Origin: the human T2T-CHM13v2.0 reference genome, Homo sapiens
Reading direction: 5' to 3' (one strand)
Assembly (NCBI RefSeq): GCF_009914755.1
Contig: NC_060927.1
Length of the DNA: 64,000 bases
The translations under genes were made by a program, and so were the position numbers. Under the pieces are notes generated by a model, which did no database searches, had not been told where the DNA came from, and was given only the letters and a program-made list of their open reading frames with translations. Every line of letters starts with the position of its first letter. The first letter of the stretch is position 1. Positions 48,795 to 61,020 of this stretch are shown here, piece by piece.

Positions 48795-48972
48795 GGCACC
48801 ACTGGTTTCCTGGGCATGCACCCTGTGCAATCACACAGGGCCCAGCCTCCAAAGGGCTCTGCACCTTGTTTAATGCTCTGCTGTTGCTCTCTGGAAATTC
48901 TTATAATTTTTAAATAAAGGGCTCTGCATTTTCACTTTGCACTGGGCTCCGCAAATTATGTAGCTGGTCCTC
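48795..48972 (+). mobile_element. MER91A-like hAT MITE
   Basis: CACACAGGGCCC...TGTTTAATGCTCTGCTGTTGC...GAAATTCTTATAATTTT...TGCACTGGGCTCCGCAAATTATGTAGCTGGTCCT. Confidence 0.7.
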
Positions 48973-49099
48973 CTTAGGGAGAGATTTGTGTAAGCTTTGC
49001 TCTGAGAAATGAATGCAATCCCCTTTTAGTGTTTTCTTGAGCCTTAAACAGCTTTCAACTATTTGGGGGATTATCCAACCACAGATCCTTTGACTAAGG

Positions 49100-50700
49100 C
49101 TCAAGACTAGGCTCGGCCACGGTTGTTCAGCTTTACCCAGATGGCGGAGCGGAAGAGCAGCTCTTCACTCCATTCTGGCTGGAGGAGCCACCCTGCACCC
49201 CTCCCAGCCCAATTCATTTGTAGAAGGGATGGGAAACCCACAGGCAACCTCCGGCATGTGCTCACTCCATCAGCGTCAGAAGAAATCCAACACAACACTC
49301 TACTCTCCATTCCATTATTCTGGCAGGTTGTTCCCCGCTGAGAGAAAAGGCTCGAGGTGCTCCTCGGGGGCTGAGATAAAGGAAGCAGTGTTCCTCGAAA
49401 TGTTGTGTAGGACATGGAGAATTTCTCACTGAAGAAGTTCAAGCTTGGGAAGAGGCACACTTCCGCTTCTGGGTGGATTTTGTGCAGATCCCCTTTCTTT
49501 TCCTGCCGCTTACATTGCAACAGAAAGGCACCATGTAGAGAGAGCAACAAAGTGCTCTGAGTTCAGCCCATTATCAAACGGTTTCAAGGGTCATTTTGAT
49601 CTTGTCAGGATCAGCAGGCTCTCTTTCAGCAGTCCTAAAAAGGCTGACAGAAACAATAAATGGACAATTTTGAAACTCTTTGTCAGAATTATACTTTGGG
49701 GGCAAACTCGGCCATAAATACCAATTTCTAGTCCCCCTCGCCATTTACCAATCCAACGTCTTCAGATCTGATTGCCCCCCTTCTCTGGCCGCTGCCCGGC
49801 CATCAGTTTATCTCGCCAACATTGTGTTAGCCAGTGATTCGCAGGCGCTTCTGTGTCTGCTCCGTGATGCTTACACTACAAAGGGCCTGATGTGATGTAT
49901 ACCTCGGAGCCTGCATTCGTCTCTAATTCAGTGCCTACACATATCTGTAATAGCTGTATTGAACTGGAGCTGAGAAAAATCACCCTTGCCACCCTCTGTT
50001 TTTAGGGAGTCTGTGATAGGTTTGAGGATTACCCTATCGATCACTAGTCAGCAATGATTACCTCTCACCCTCCTTCTGCCTCGTCAATAAATGGCACCAA
50101 ATATCAATCCCAGGAGACACATTCAAAACCGGGGTGTCGCGAGCTGTGAATAGAATTATAAATACAGTGCAATTTAAAGGAAAGCATTCAAGCCCAAGAG
50201 ACACATCAGAAGAGATGCCACATTCTGTAAAGGATTTAGACTTTAAGAGTATTAACATTTCTTTTATAACAGATTGTTCCGCTCATGGAAATTACAATTA
50301 CTGTCATTTTTTTGATACTGACAATGCAAATTACATATATTTTCTCCAGACATGGTATTTAAACTAAGTAGTGAAAGATGGCAGCAAGTAGTTCTAAATT
50401 AATTTCGAAAAGTGGGTTGCCTTAACTTTGTAGATCTGAATGTCTTCATGAAAAAGTTTCTTGGTGACTTGTTGAAATGCCCCAGCTCTAGATTGAAGCC
50501 AGCTGATTTCAAACCCCTAAGGAAGAGGTTATTTTGGCATGAAGAACTGGAAGTAAAGAGCACTTTATAAAACAGTTAAAAAAATCTATACTCCAAGTAT
50601 TTTAATGAGACTGACAGATGTCCAATTAAAGTGGGGGCCTGCGAAATCCACGCACCTCTCATTTGAACCAGACAGTGATGGGGGCCAGCATTTTCTATAT
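49100..50700. promoter_or_regulatory. Candidate conserved non-coding element / enhancer
   Basis: No recognisable repeat, ~30 CpGs in 49100-50300 by manual count, and clustered MEIS, HOX and SOX motifs. Function is inferred only. Confidence 0.5.
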
Positions 50701-50720
50701 TCAGTAGAATGCTCACTTCA

Positions 50721-50930
<210 letters not shown>

Positions 50931-53283
50931 AGCTCTATGATAAGATACACTTAAGATTCTCTGAGCTGAACAAAGTCAAAAGAGCTATCTTATTGTAGGA
51001 ATTTTCAGTGCTTTGAATTTGCTAAACTGCCTGTGAATGTCAAAGAGTGGAGGGAGAACACAGTACAGAACACTTCTCAAACTTGTTGGACCTTGGGAAA
51101 TTTTTCTGAGGAACATTTCAGGGGATTAGAGTTCTGAAACCCACTTTGAGAAAGTCCTGTCTTGGTTCGGGGGGCATGGATAAGATGGTGAATGAGACAA
51201 TGCTGGTTGTACAGTGCTGTAATTCTTGTAAAAGCACTCAGTGGTCTCAGGCCCTGTGACCATCTGGGCTGGTGTTTGGAGGCATCACGATTTTCTCCTT
51301 CTCTTGTGGGGCTTCTTTATGAAGTTCAGAGAACAGTCCACAGTGATTGGGCAGGAGGAAGCATAGGCTGCAGCTCCAAAATACCAGGTTAATTTGCTTG
51401 TGTGTAAGTGATCTTCGAAGTTTCATTTTCTCTTGAGAGTTGAGGATGAGAGAACAAATGTCAAGTGTGTTTATACCCTGTGAAAGGAAAGTACAATTGA
51501 GAACCATGTGGTACTCCCCAGATGCCTCAGCCAGAGTGCTGGAGTTCTAGTGTCAGCAAACTTTGACTCTGCTGGGGTTTCAGTGGGATAAGTTCTGTGG
51601 AACACAGGAATGCCTGAATCCTCCCTAGCTTATAAGAATCTTTATAATCTGCTTAATCACCCTCCCTCTTCCCTCCTGTATGAAGTTTTGGAGAGTGTTA
51701 TATATCTAAGGAAGAAGAATATGCTTGAAGCTATCACTTTGTTTACAGCTAGATTATATAAATCAGCTGCCAGCCTGGAGAATGCTGGAAAAAGTGGAAA
51801 AGCAAGAGGTGGACAGGTAAGCATCAGGTCTGTAAAGAAAAGGCCCTGACAACAAGCCTCGTCCCATCTGACGTTGTAACTAAGGGGCAGGGCAACTAAG
51901 GGAGAAAGAAGAGTCAACAGGTGAGGCCCTGGTCTCAGCCTGCCTGATTGGATGTTGTACTGACACTTGACTCCACCCCTGGCTTCCCCTTTTCATGAAA
52001 GCATCTGAAACCCTAGGAAGGGCCGAACCACATCTCTACACTAACATCACACTAACCACCAGGTCCTATCTGTCTGAAGAGAGGACGTCTGATCCATAAA
52101 CACATCCTGACCCGGGACCAAGACTGGATGATGAAAGGAGACAGGGTTTGGGCTACTTCTTCACCTGCTGAACAAACCCATATACACACGCCTCTTTTCC
52201 TCTAAAGGAGTTAAGTGTACAATTTGATTGACCAGCAAATGGGTCAGAGATGATAAGATTAAGCCATATCCCTCATGACTTTCTTTCTCTGGGTAACTTG
52301 AGTCTCATCTGGAAGGGCTGGTTTTTCATTTCAAGCCTGGTTTGTTCTAATCCTGGCCCTGGGATCCTAGACTCTGTACTGAAGAGGCTTCCGAAGGACC
52401 AGCTGGTCTGCTTATCCACACTCAGGTACATTGGGACTGCCTCAGAGATACAGAGCTTCTCTATGTTTTAAAACTTGTTTTCCTAATAAGAAATGTTTCC
52501 TTCTATGTAACCTCATGGTCTTGTACTGCTCTTTGTCGAGACAGAAAACAGCTGGAGGTATTGTCTGTGGGCATCTTCTGTATGCTTCAAGATTCTCAGT
52601 TTTACTTTCTGCAAGCTGAAAAATCTAGTCTCCTTAACCTCTTTTTACAAGTATTCTTTTTCTTCCTGTATACTATGTTTGTGAGTGTTCCAAGATAAAG
52701 TTTCCTTAAGTTTGTTAATCATTGTTAACATCTGGAACCTTTCTAAACATACCAAATTGCACATTACTCTCCAGACTTCCTGTACAAGAATTACAGGAGC
52801 AGAGGTTGTTTGGAGCCTGAGCAGGAATTATCATTCTTAAACAGGACAAATAAATCATTGTGATCTTTTTGAAGCCCAACTTAAAGTTCTCCCTTTCTCA
52901 GGGAATGGAACCTATTTTTCAGAGGGATCCCTGGCAGGTCGGTTGGCACTAGCATCCTGAAGGGACACCTGGTCTGAAGACGGCCAGGCAGAATCTTTTC
53001 CCCAGAATTTAGAAATGGACCTTATTACCAGGAGATCAATCTCTGAGGGTGACTAGAAGTATGATATGAAGTAAAAGGAGACAAAATTATGGTATGAAGA
53101 TAGAGAAGCAGGGAAAGATGGTTTGCAGAGAAGGGGTAGAATGAAGCAGAAGAATGAAGCAGATGCTCTCTAAGAGATTCAAGAGGAAAATGGCAAAGCA
53201 TTCCAGTGACTTTCCAGGCTTTGGTTCCAGTCTCTGCATTCCTACTCTGGAGTTCTTGTCTATGTTGTTTTTGCCCATCCTAG

Positions 53284-53699
53284 TGTTATAGACTGAATTG
53301 TGTCTCCCCAAAATTCTGATGTTGAAACTCTACCGCACAATGTGACTTTTGAAGATCGGGCCTTCAGAGAGGTAATTAAGATCAAATGAAGTTATAAGTG
53401 CAGGGTCCTAATCTGAAAACAAAACAAAACAAAACAAAACAGAACAACAACAACAACAACAACAAAACTGACATTCTTATAAGAAGAGGAAGGGACACCG
53501 GAGCTCTCTCTCTACCATGTGAGGACATTGTGAGGAGCTGGCTGTCTGCAACCCAGGAAGAGAGACCTCACCAGGAACCAACCCTGACAATACCTTGATC
53601 TTGCACTTCCATTCTCCAGAAGAGTGAGAAAATAAATTTCTGTTGTTTAAGCCACCCAGTCTGTGATAGTTTGGTAAGGCAACCCAAGCAGACTAATAT
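53284..53699 (+). mobile_element. MLT1A-like LTR, probably nested in an older MLT1 LTR (~52870-53745)
   Basis: TGTTATAGACTGAATTGTGTCTCCCC start, AATAAATTTCTGTTGTTTAAGCCACCCAGTCTGTG, flanks CCTAG/CCTGG, and an internal (CAAAA)n(CAA)n tract. Confidence 0.82.
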
Positions 53700-54079
53700 G
53701 CCTGGCTAAAGTGGATTCTCATTACCAACCACCAAAATGGCTTAACCAAATATAGAACTAACAGCTCTACCGGGACAGGTAAATAAGGTCACAGCCAATG
53801 TCTTCTGTCTCCATGGACTCACCCTGGCACTTTTCTATTTGCTTTTCTGAGACACATTGTGCGGTAGAGTTTCAATGTCAGAATTTTAGGGAGACAGCAT
53901 TTAGTCTATAATACTAGGGTGGGCAAAAACACATACCTCCTTGACTTGAATATTTTGTTGACAACATATAACTAGACAATGTTAATATGCTCTAAACTCA
54001 GAATGAGTGCTGGTCATTTTTTTCATGGTCTGCCATCAAAAAAATTCTACCAATTTATTCTCCTAGTAGGAAAGAAAAA

Positions 54080-54280
54080 CAATTAATGTTTACTAACTGA
54101 TATATTCACCCAACAGCCTGTGACATCAGTTCTATTATTTACCTATTTTACAGGTGAGGAAACTAAGGCATTTGAGATGGTAAATAACTTTCCTTAGGTC
54201 ACAGAACTCATAAATGATGAGACCAAAACTTGAACCCAGGTATGACTACAGAGCCCAAGATTTCAACCAAGTTGCTACAT
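54080..54280 (-). mobile_element. MIR
   Basis: TTTTACAGGTGAGGAAACTAAGGC...AGGTCACAG...CTTGAACCCAGGT. Confidence 0.8.
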
Positions 54281-54739
54281 TTGGGATGAAAGCAAAGCTC
54301 AATTGTTAAAAGCAAAACTCTCTTGATGCTACATGAAAAGTAATGTGCAATAACCCATTTCTGTACTAACAGAGCAGTCCAGTTAGGACTCTACAGGAAA
54401 AAGCAAACAAGGTAGGCTAGGGGCCTCCAGTAGGCTTGTATATGACCCAGGACTTGAATTGAGTCCAGATAACAGTGGGGTTGAAAGATGTTGCCATTGT
54501 AACATCCGTCTCCCCCGTTAAAGAGATATCTAATTTTACTGAGATATTCACTTCTTCCCTAAGTAGCTCACATGCAAGGCAAAGCTGACTTCACCCCTCC
54601 CGGCTTTAGGAAAATTTCTTATTTTTCTAAGCATAAACCCATCCTCCTTGCCAGTGATTGGGCACGTGATCTGGTTTAGGTTAATACGATGCAAGAGATT
54701 CTCTCTTCTGATCTGGATATTACTATTACTGGATGTTAC

Positions 54740-55209
54740 CAGATGTTAGTTACTGCCACTAAAACGCAGCATAGCAAAACCCCACAAGAGCATTTAGTTA
54801 GCTGGTCTAGGCCTTGCTAGTTGGGCCAGCTCAGTTCTCTTGATCGTCTCTTGGCTCAACAGTGAGTTTAGGGGGTCAGCTCATCTAGCTTAGGTTCTAC
54901 ACTAAGTCTCCCATGCCTTCTCATGACCAGAAGGCTAGAGTGTGCATGTTCTTCTCAAGGTGATGGCAGAGATATAAGAATACCAGTGGAAATACACAGG
55001 CATATCTCAAGCCTAGCCTCTGTTACATCTGCTAACATCCCATTGGCCAAAAAACAGTCAAATGGCCAAGCTTAGTATCAAGCCCACCTGCTAAATAGCC
55101 AAACTAGATCACGTGGCCAAGCCTGCCATCAGTGGAGTAGGAAAGCATACACTTCCCTGGGAGTGATCGGGAGGAAGTGATATTCTGAGTAATAATCTAA
55201 TCTACTACA
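54740..55209 (-). mobile_element. MLT1 (H/I/J-like) LTR sequence, possibly two overlapping copies
   Basis: CATGTTCTTCTCAAGGTGATGGCAGA, ACATCCCATTGGCCAAA, TCACGTGGCCAAGCC and AATCTACTACA. Confidence 0.6.
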
Positions 55210-56149
55210 GGGCCATGCATGGATGTGAAGCCGAGAACCATAACAGCCTTCTCCCTTTCAACCTAAAATGAAGCCAACACACAGAGAGAAGAGGGGATTC
55301 ACAAGAACCCCAGGAAAAGAGATGGAGCTGCTGGATCAAATCAACTCGAAGTTCTACCCAATCTCTGCATTGGCCAATGTTGACATTACGCGATGCTGAA
55401 ACTCTCATTCAGAGAACACTCCTTGGAACACTTAGGAACAAAGGTCCAGAGATGTGAATAAATGTGTTGCATTGGGGGAAAGAAAAACAATGCAGAGAGC
55501 CTAGAGAGATCATTTTTTCCCAAGTGTTTTGTCCTTGGAAACCCAATCAAGCCTTCCCTTTATCATCCACTCACCTTGCAGCAGATCTATTTCTTCTTGA
55601 TTTTGTGTAATTTGATTCATTCTCAGATGTTTGTTCATCTGATCTTACAGTTGGTATGGTAACGGCCTGACTGAACTGTGGTGTTTATTTTTCACCACAA
55701 GCTCTTGTCAAGTCAGGAAGAATCACCTTTGCCTTCTTTCAAGCAGTACAGGGGACTGAGATATTGAGGAGGAGGCATGGCCTTGTACCCCTACTGGGGT
55801 CGATGCTGGAAAATCTCCTGTTAAAACTCTACCATTTTCCTTCCTCTGTTCACATTGATTGAGGTGGTTCCTTCCTTTCTGTAGAGCTCTTGTCTCCTTG
55901 CCATGGAAGGCAACATTTATTTCTATCCCCCACCCCCTCTCATGTGACATTAATAACAGGACACAAATTGGGTGGGCAATAGGTCAAAGAATTTGTGAAA
56001 GTCACATTCAAAAAAATACTGTAAAGAAGCAAAAGGAGATATCTTAGAATCAGAATTAATCATTGAAAATAATACTTATAAGTATTTACTAACTTTGTAA
56101 CTCAGTTAAGAAGTTCTTCACACCCTAGATGTTCAAACATTGAGGGAGA

Positions 56150-56620
56150 ACATGGCTAATATTTATTAGATACTACCATGAGCTAAGCACTATGTGTGGC
56201 CTACCATACACGTGACTCATTCAGTCTCACAATGACCTGGGGAAACAACTATAATCATCTCCACTTTATGGAGAAAAAGAACTTTTCCAAGGTCTTGCAG
56301 CTAGCATGTAGAGGGTCTAGGATTTGAATTTGGAACTTGCACCTTCATTTTATTTCTACCACACTATACTCTTTTGAACAGAAGATACATAGCACACTTG
56401 TTCTGAGAGTAGACTTGCCTATAAGAATAGTAAAATCTGGCCCTACCATGTACTAATTGTGTAATTTTGACCAAATTACTTAACCTTTCTCTGCCTCAGT
56501 TTCCTCATTTGGAAAATGGGAATAATCCAAACTCTGCCCTGTCATTTTAGGAAAGTCCCTTATCCCCCTGGGCCTTACTTTCATGTCTCTGTAATGAGGG
56601 ACCTGCACTAGTGATTTCTA
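56150..56620. mobile_element. Cluster of MIR fragments in both orientations
   Basis: CCAAGGTCTTGCAGCTAG (antisense) and TGCCTCAGTTTCCTCATTTGGAAAATGGGAATAAT (sense). Confidence 0.7.
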
Positions 56621-57539
56621 AGGGAGCTTTTGTGCAAACATTCAGCCATATTCTGGGCTTAGGGTCATGATTTTATATCAGTGCAGGGCAGTGAAAAGAG
56701 AAGAAAAGAGAAGCTTCAAGAAATATCTTACAAACATAAGACTTGGTGGCTGATTTCATGGAAAAGGCAAAGAAGGAGCTTGAGTAAAAGATGGCTCTGA
56801 GCTTTAGAGCCTGGAGGAAAGATATATTTATTTTTAAATCATCCAAAAGCCACTCTTGCTATTGTGTTAGTTATTGTCTCCATTTGACCAATGAATCAAG
56901 GTTTTAAAATATCCATTTGCTGTCCCTTATTCGTTATTCTTCTGTGAACAAGCTTAGTCCATAACGGTCTAAAACCATCAGCAGCTCATTAGTCATCAGA
57001 AGATTTGTAACTAAGTGGTAATAGAGATTCCTGTAATCTGGACTTCAGAGCTAAAGGAACGGGTATCCAGTGATGAATCGTCCAGGCAGGGCTCTGAAAG
57101 GTGTCCTAATGGATGCAGCAAGTGAAGATCTGTTCCAGATGGACATATCTGCTGCTGCTTTTCTGTTCCTCACGCACAACACACCTTGGCTCAGCCATCC
57201 TCCCTTCTTGCAAAGGCTCCTAGACTACCCTCTGGCAGGAAGAATCTAATCCATCCTTCAAAGAAAAGCTCAAGCTGTTCATGGAATAGACACGTATGGA
57301 GCCAGGCTCTGTGCTAGGTGCCAGCAATGCAAAGATGAAAGACACCTGTCTCAAAGAGCTCCCACCAGCTGGGCCTGGGGCATCATCCCCAAGCTCACAC
57401 CTTGTCATTCATTTTGCTTGTCTATTCATGGTGGTTAATTCCTGAGGACAAGGACTTTTTTCATACTCTTCATGATACTTATGTGCTGAGAGTGGGTGTT
57501 GAAATGTATTTGTACTTTGTTTTATTTGGGAGAAAGGCC

Positions 57540-57780
57540 TTATTGTGTAGCAGCTAAGAGAGAAGGCCATAGGGTTATATGGATTGGGTTCAAATTCCCC
57601 TCCAAACCTATAGCTCTGTGGCTTATTAGGAGGATGACTAGGACAAGTTATTTAGCCTTTATATACCTCAGTTTTCTCGTCTGTAAAATAGGTGATAGGT
57701 AATAATAGCATCTTTTATTTGAAATTTAAACAAAATATTGAACTTGGCACATAGTGTGGTCTCAGTTTACATGGTTACTG
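57540..57780 (+). mobile_element. MIR
   Basis: GGGTTCAAATTCC...GGACAAGTTATTTAGCC...CCTCAGTTTTCTCGTCTGTAAAATAGG. Confidence 0.75.
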
Positions 57781-57841
57781 TGTTTTAATGATTATAGACT
57801 TTCGAAGATTCAGTGTATAATTTACAGTGACTGAGGACAGA

Positions 57842-57862
57842 TGCCTGCCTGTCTCTTTTCCT

Positions 57863-57902
<40 letters not shown>

Positions 57903-58090
57903 TCCTTCCTTCCTTCCTTCCTTCCTTCCTTCCTTCCTTCCTTCCTTCCTTCCTTCCTTCCCTCCCTCCCCCCCCGTTCTCTCCCTCCCTTCTTTTCTTT
58001 TCCCTCTTCTTTTCTTTTTTATCTTTTTCCTCTTTGTCTCTCTGTGCTTGTCTCTCTCTCCCATTCTCTCTCTCTCTCTCATCTCTCATC
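57842..58090. repeat. Compound tetranucleotide STR (GCCT)n(CCTT)n plus CT-rich tail
   Basis: Directly visible: ~9 GCCT then ~15 CCTT units. Confidence 0.97.
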
Positions 58091-58375
58091 CCGTCTTTAT
58101 CACAGCAAGGGTAGTTATTACTTAGAAATTATATTTATAGATAAAAATATCGAACAGGCAGTCTCCATGAGTTAAATCCAGACTGATTCCTCTTTGCTGA
58201 AAAGACAGGCCTTATTGTTGTTCTTCTTATTTGCTTGCGCAAGGATTTCTTATGCAGCCAATTCACTCAGAATTTGCCACCAGCACAGATCCACTTAGGA
58301 ACCTGACCAAAAAGCAGTAGAAAAAAACAAAACATCGATGCATTTTTCCCTCTAGAACCTCTGCCTGACTTTCTA

Positions 58376-58573
58376 GTAGTGGTATGCTGGCTCTCCAGAA
58401 AGAAAAGAACAAGAGAGGAAGGGGAAAAAGCCCTGAGTTCTTGCCAATTTCTGTGGTGTGTTACCACCATGGTCAATTTCAAGCTACCAATATAACACCA
58501 CAGAATGTGAGTTGGGAGAGGGGTGCACAGTCAGTTCTTAAGAACCCTATGCACCTGCTTCTGCACACCACTG
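58376..58573 (-). mobile_element. MER63A-like hAT-Blackjack MITE
   Basis: CCACCATGGTCAATTTCAAGCTACCAA...GAGTTGGGAGAG...GCACACCACTG. Confidence 0.7.
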
Positions 58574-58619
58574 TTCCAGGAATATGCAGACCCACCCTCA
58601 GCTCTCACCCTGTCCACGC

Positions 58620-59350
58620 CTCTCTCCTATATCCAGAGGGCTTGTCCCAGCCCTCATCACCACTGTCCCAGATTCTCTCTCTTCCTTCTTCTATTCTCAG
58701 TCCTCCCCTCCGTCTCCCAAAATAATCTGCTAAAACCCAGATCAGAATATGCTACTTCCCTGCTGTATAATCTCCAGTGGCTTCCCTTTGTTGCCCCAGG
58801 CCCTTAACCCCCTTCTTCACCCTTCCCCAGAGTTACTCCAGGCCTCTCATCTTGACGCAAGCCCTTCTACATCTCCACATCACTGCCCACGCCTAACCTA
58901 CTGCCTGGAACACCATTCCCAGTGCAACCAGCCCTGGCTTTTTTGTGTCCCTGGTGAATTTCTACTTACCTCTAAGTTTCAGCTCAAATGCCCTGTCCTG
59001 CATAACGTTTATGACCTTCTATCCTGCTCTAGCTGTCATTGTTTCCTTCCCTCTCTAGGTTTCTTTGATACCCTTCTCTCATATTCTCTGGCATATGTAA
59101 CTAGTTTTCTGGTATCTCCAGATAGTAAGACAGTGAGGCAGCCATGGGTCCAGGATTGATGGATCATTCATTCTTCACATATTGCATCCAACAGATATTT
59201 ATGGAGTTCTGGGTATGTGCCAATTAACATGCTGGGTAAGACTAGGGGTAGAGTGGAGAGCACGATAGACTGTCCTCTGATGGAGCTCACAGTATGCTGA
59301 AGAATATGGGCATTGAACAAATAGGAAAAATAAAAATATAATGGCAAATA
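58620..59350. mobile_element. L2 fragments (sense, then antisense)
   Basis: CTCCAGTGGCTTCCC, TCAGCTCAAATG, CATTCATTC...ATGTGCC and GATGGAGCTCACAGT. Confidence 0.6.
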
Positions 59351-59873
59351 GGTTCTATGAAGGAAAAAAAAACCCACAAGACAGCATGAGAGAAATTCCA
59401 AAACTAGTGAAAGGTTTTTAAATTTTCAGAAGCATAGAATATATACTTTTAAAGTCATGAGGGCCTCACTCAGGGCACTGAACACCATAGCATGAATTGT
59501 ATTGTGCAGCAGGAACCCTGCCTCACCAGCTTAGAAATAAGAGCAAGAGTCATGCAGTTCTTTCACTGAGTTGATGACTTGGGGGGAGATGTATTATATC
59601 TTTGTATCTCTATTAATTAAATTTTTTGGTCTCCAGTGACAGCAAATTCAAGTAAAATAGACTTAAGGTGGAAAAGAAGAGGTGGATGAATTGGCTCACG
59701 TAATTAGAAAATCCATAGTTATACTCAGTGCCCTGATCTTGGTTTCCAATACCATTCTGCAATGAAAAGAACCAGGGCTCTTTGGAGAAATGGCTGATTC
59801 TAGAACTGGTGTAGAGGATATACAATAGTGAGCCTGGAACATCTGATAGTATCAGAAAGTAAGAAAGTGTTCA

Positions 59874-60492
59874 GCTTTTACACTGTTGGTGGGAGTGTAA
59901 ACTAGTTCAACCATTGTGGAAGACAGTGTGGCGATTCCTTAAGCGTCTAGAACTAGAAATACCATTTGATCCAGGGATCCAATTACTGGGTATATACCCA
60001 AAAGATTATAAATCATGCTACTATAAAGACACATGCACACGTATGTTTATTGCGGTATTATTCACAATAGCAAAGACTTGGAACCAACCCAAATATCCAT
60101 CAATGATAGACTGGATTAAGAAAATGTGGCACATATACACCATGGAATACTATGCAGTCATAAAAAAGGATGAGTTCATGTCATTTGTAGGGACATGGAT
60201 GAAGCTGGAAAACATCATTCTGAGCAAACTGTCACAAGGACAGAAAACCAAACACCGCATGTTCTCACTCATAGGTGGGAATTGAACAATCAGAACATTT
60301 GGACACAGGGCAGAAAACATCACACACCGAGGCCTGTTGTGGGGTGGGGCGGGGAGAGATAGCATTAGGAGAAATACCTAACGTAAATGACGAATTAACG
60401 GGTGCAGCAAACCAACACGGCACATGTATACATATGTAACAAACCTGCACATTGTGCATATGTACCCTAGAACTTAAAGTATAATAAAAAAA
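59874..60492 (+). mobile_element. 5'-truncated L1PA6-like 3' end
   Basis: ORF2 C-terminus ending MFSLIGGN, plus GGAGAAATACC, GCAAACCAAC and CCCTAGAAC. TSD AAGAAAGTGTTCA at 59861-59873 and 60493-60505. Confidence 0.92.
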
Positions 60493-60711
60493 AAGAAAGT
60501 GTTCAAAACACAGCACACACGCCTGCACACAGACACAGATATGGCACATCAAAGGGACACAGAAACCAATTAACAGAGCTCACAATGGCCAAAGCTGAGA
60601 TAATGTAAAATAAATAAATAAGTATAAATTATAAGCCAAAGTATGAAGTGAGTCCATACTGACAGAAATGATTGAATAAGTAAATAAGTGGGGGAGAATA
60701 GACAAATCTCT

Positions 60712-61020
60712 CTCTCTCTTTCATTTTTGTTTCTCAGAGTTAGGGTCTCACTCTGTTGCCCAGGCTGGAGTGCTGTGGCACGATCACAGCTCATTGCAGC
60801 CTTGAACTCCTGGGCTCAAGTAATCCTTCCACCTCAGCCTCCCAAGTAGCAGGGACTACAGGCATGTTCCACCATGCCCAGCTAATTAAAAAATTGTTTT
60901 TTGTAGAAACAAGGTTTCTCTATGTTACCTAGCCAGGTCTCAAACTCCTGGACTCAAGAAATCCTCCCGCCTCAGCCTTCAAAGTATCGGGATTACAGGC
61001 ATGAGCCACTGCACCCAGCC
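60712..61020 (-). mobile_element. AluJ (Jo/Jr-like)
   Basis: GATCACAGCTCATTGCAGCCTTGAACTCCTGGGCTCAAG. TSD AGAATAGACAAATCTCT at 60695-60711 and 61022-61038. Confidence 0.92.

Noticed and set aside
57775-58125. Low-complexity ORFs (GRKE / PSFL repeats)
   Set aside because: They are translations of a tetranucleotide microsatellite.
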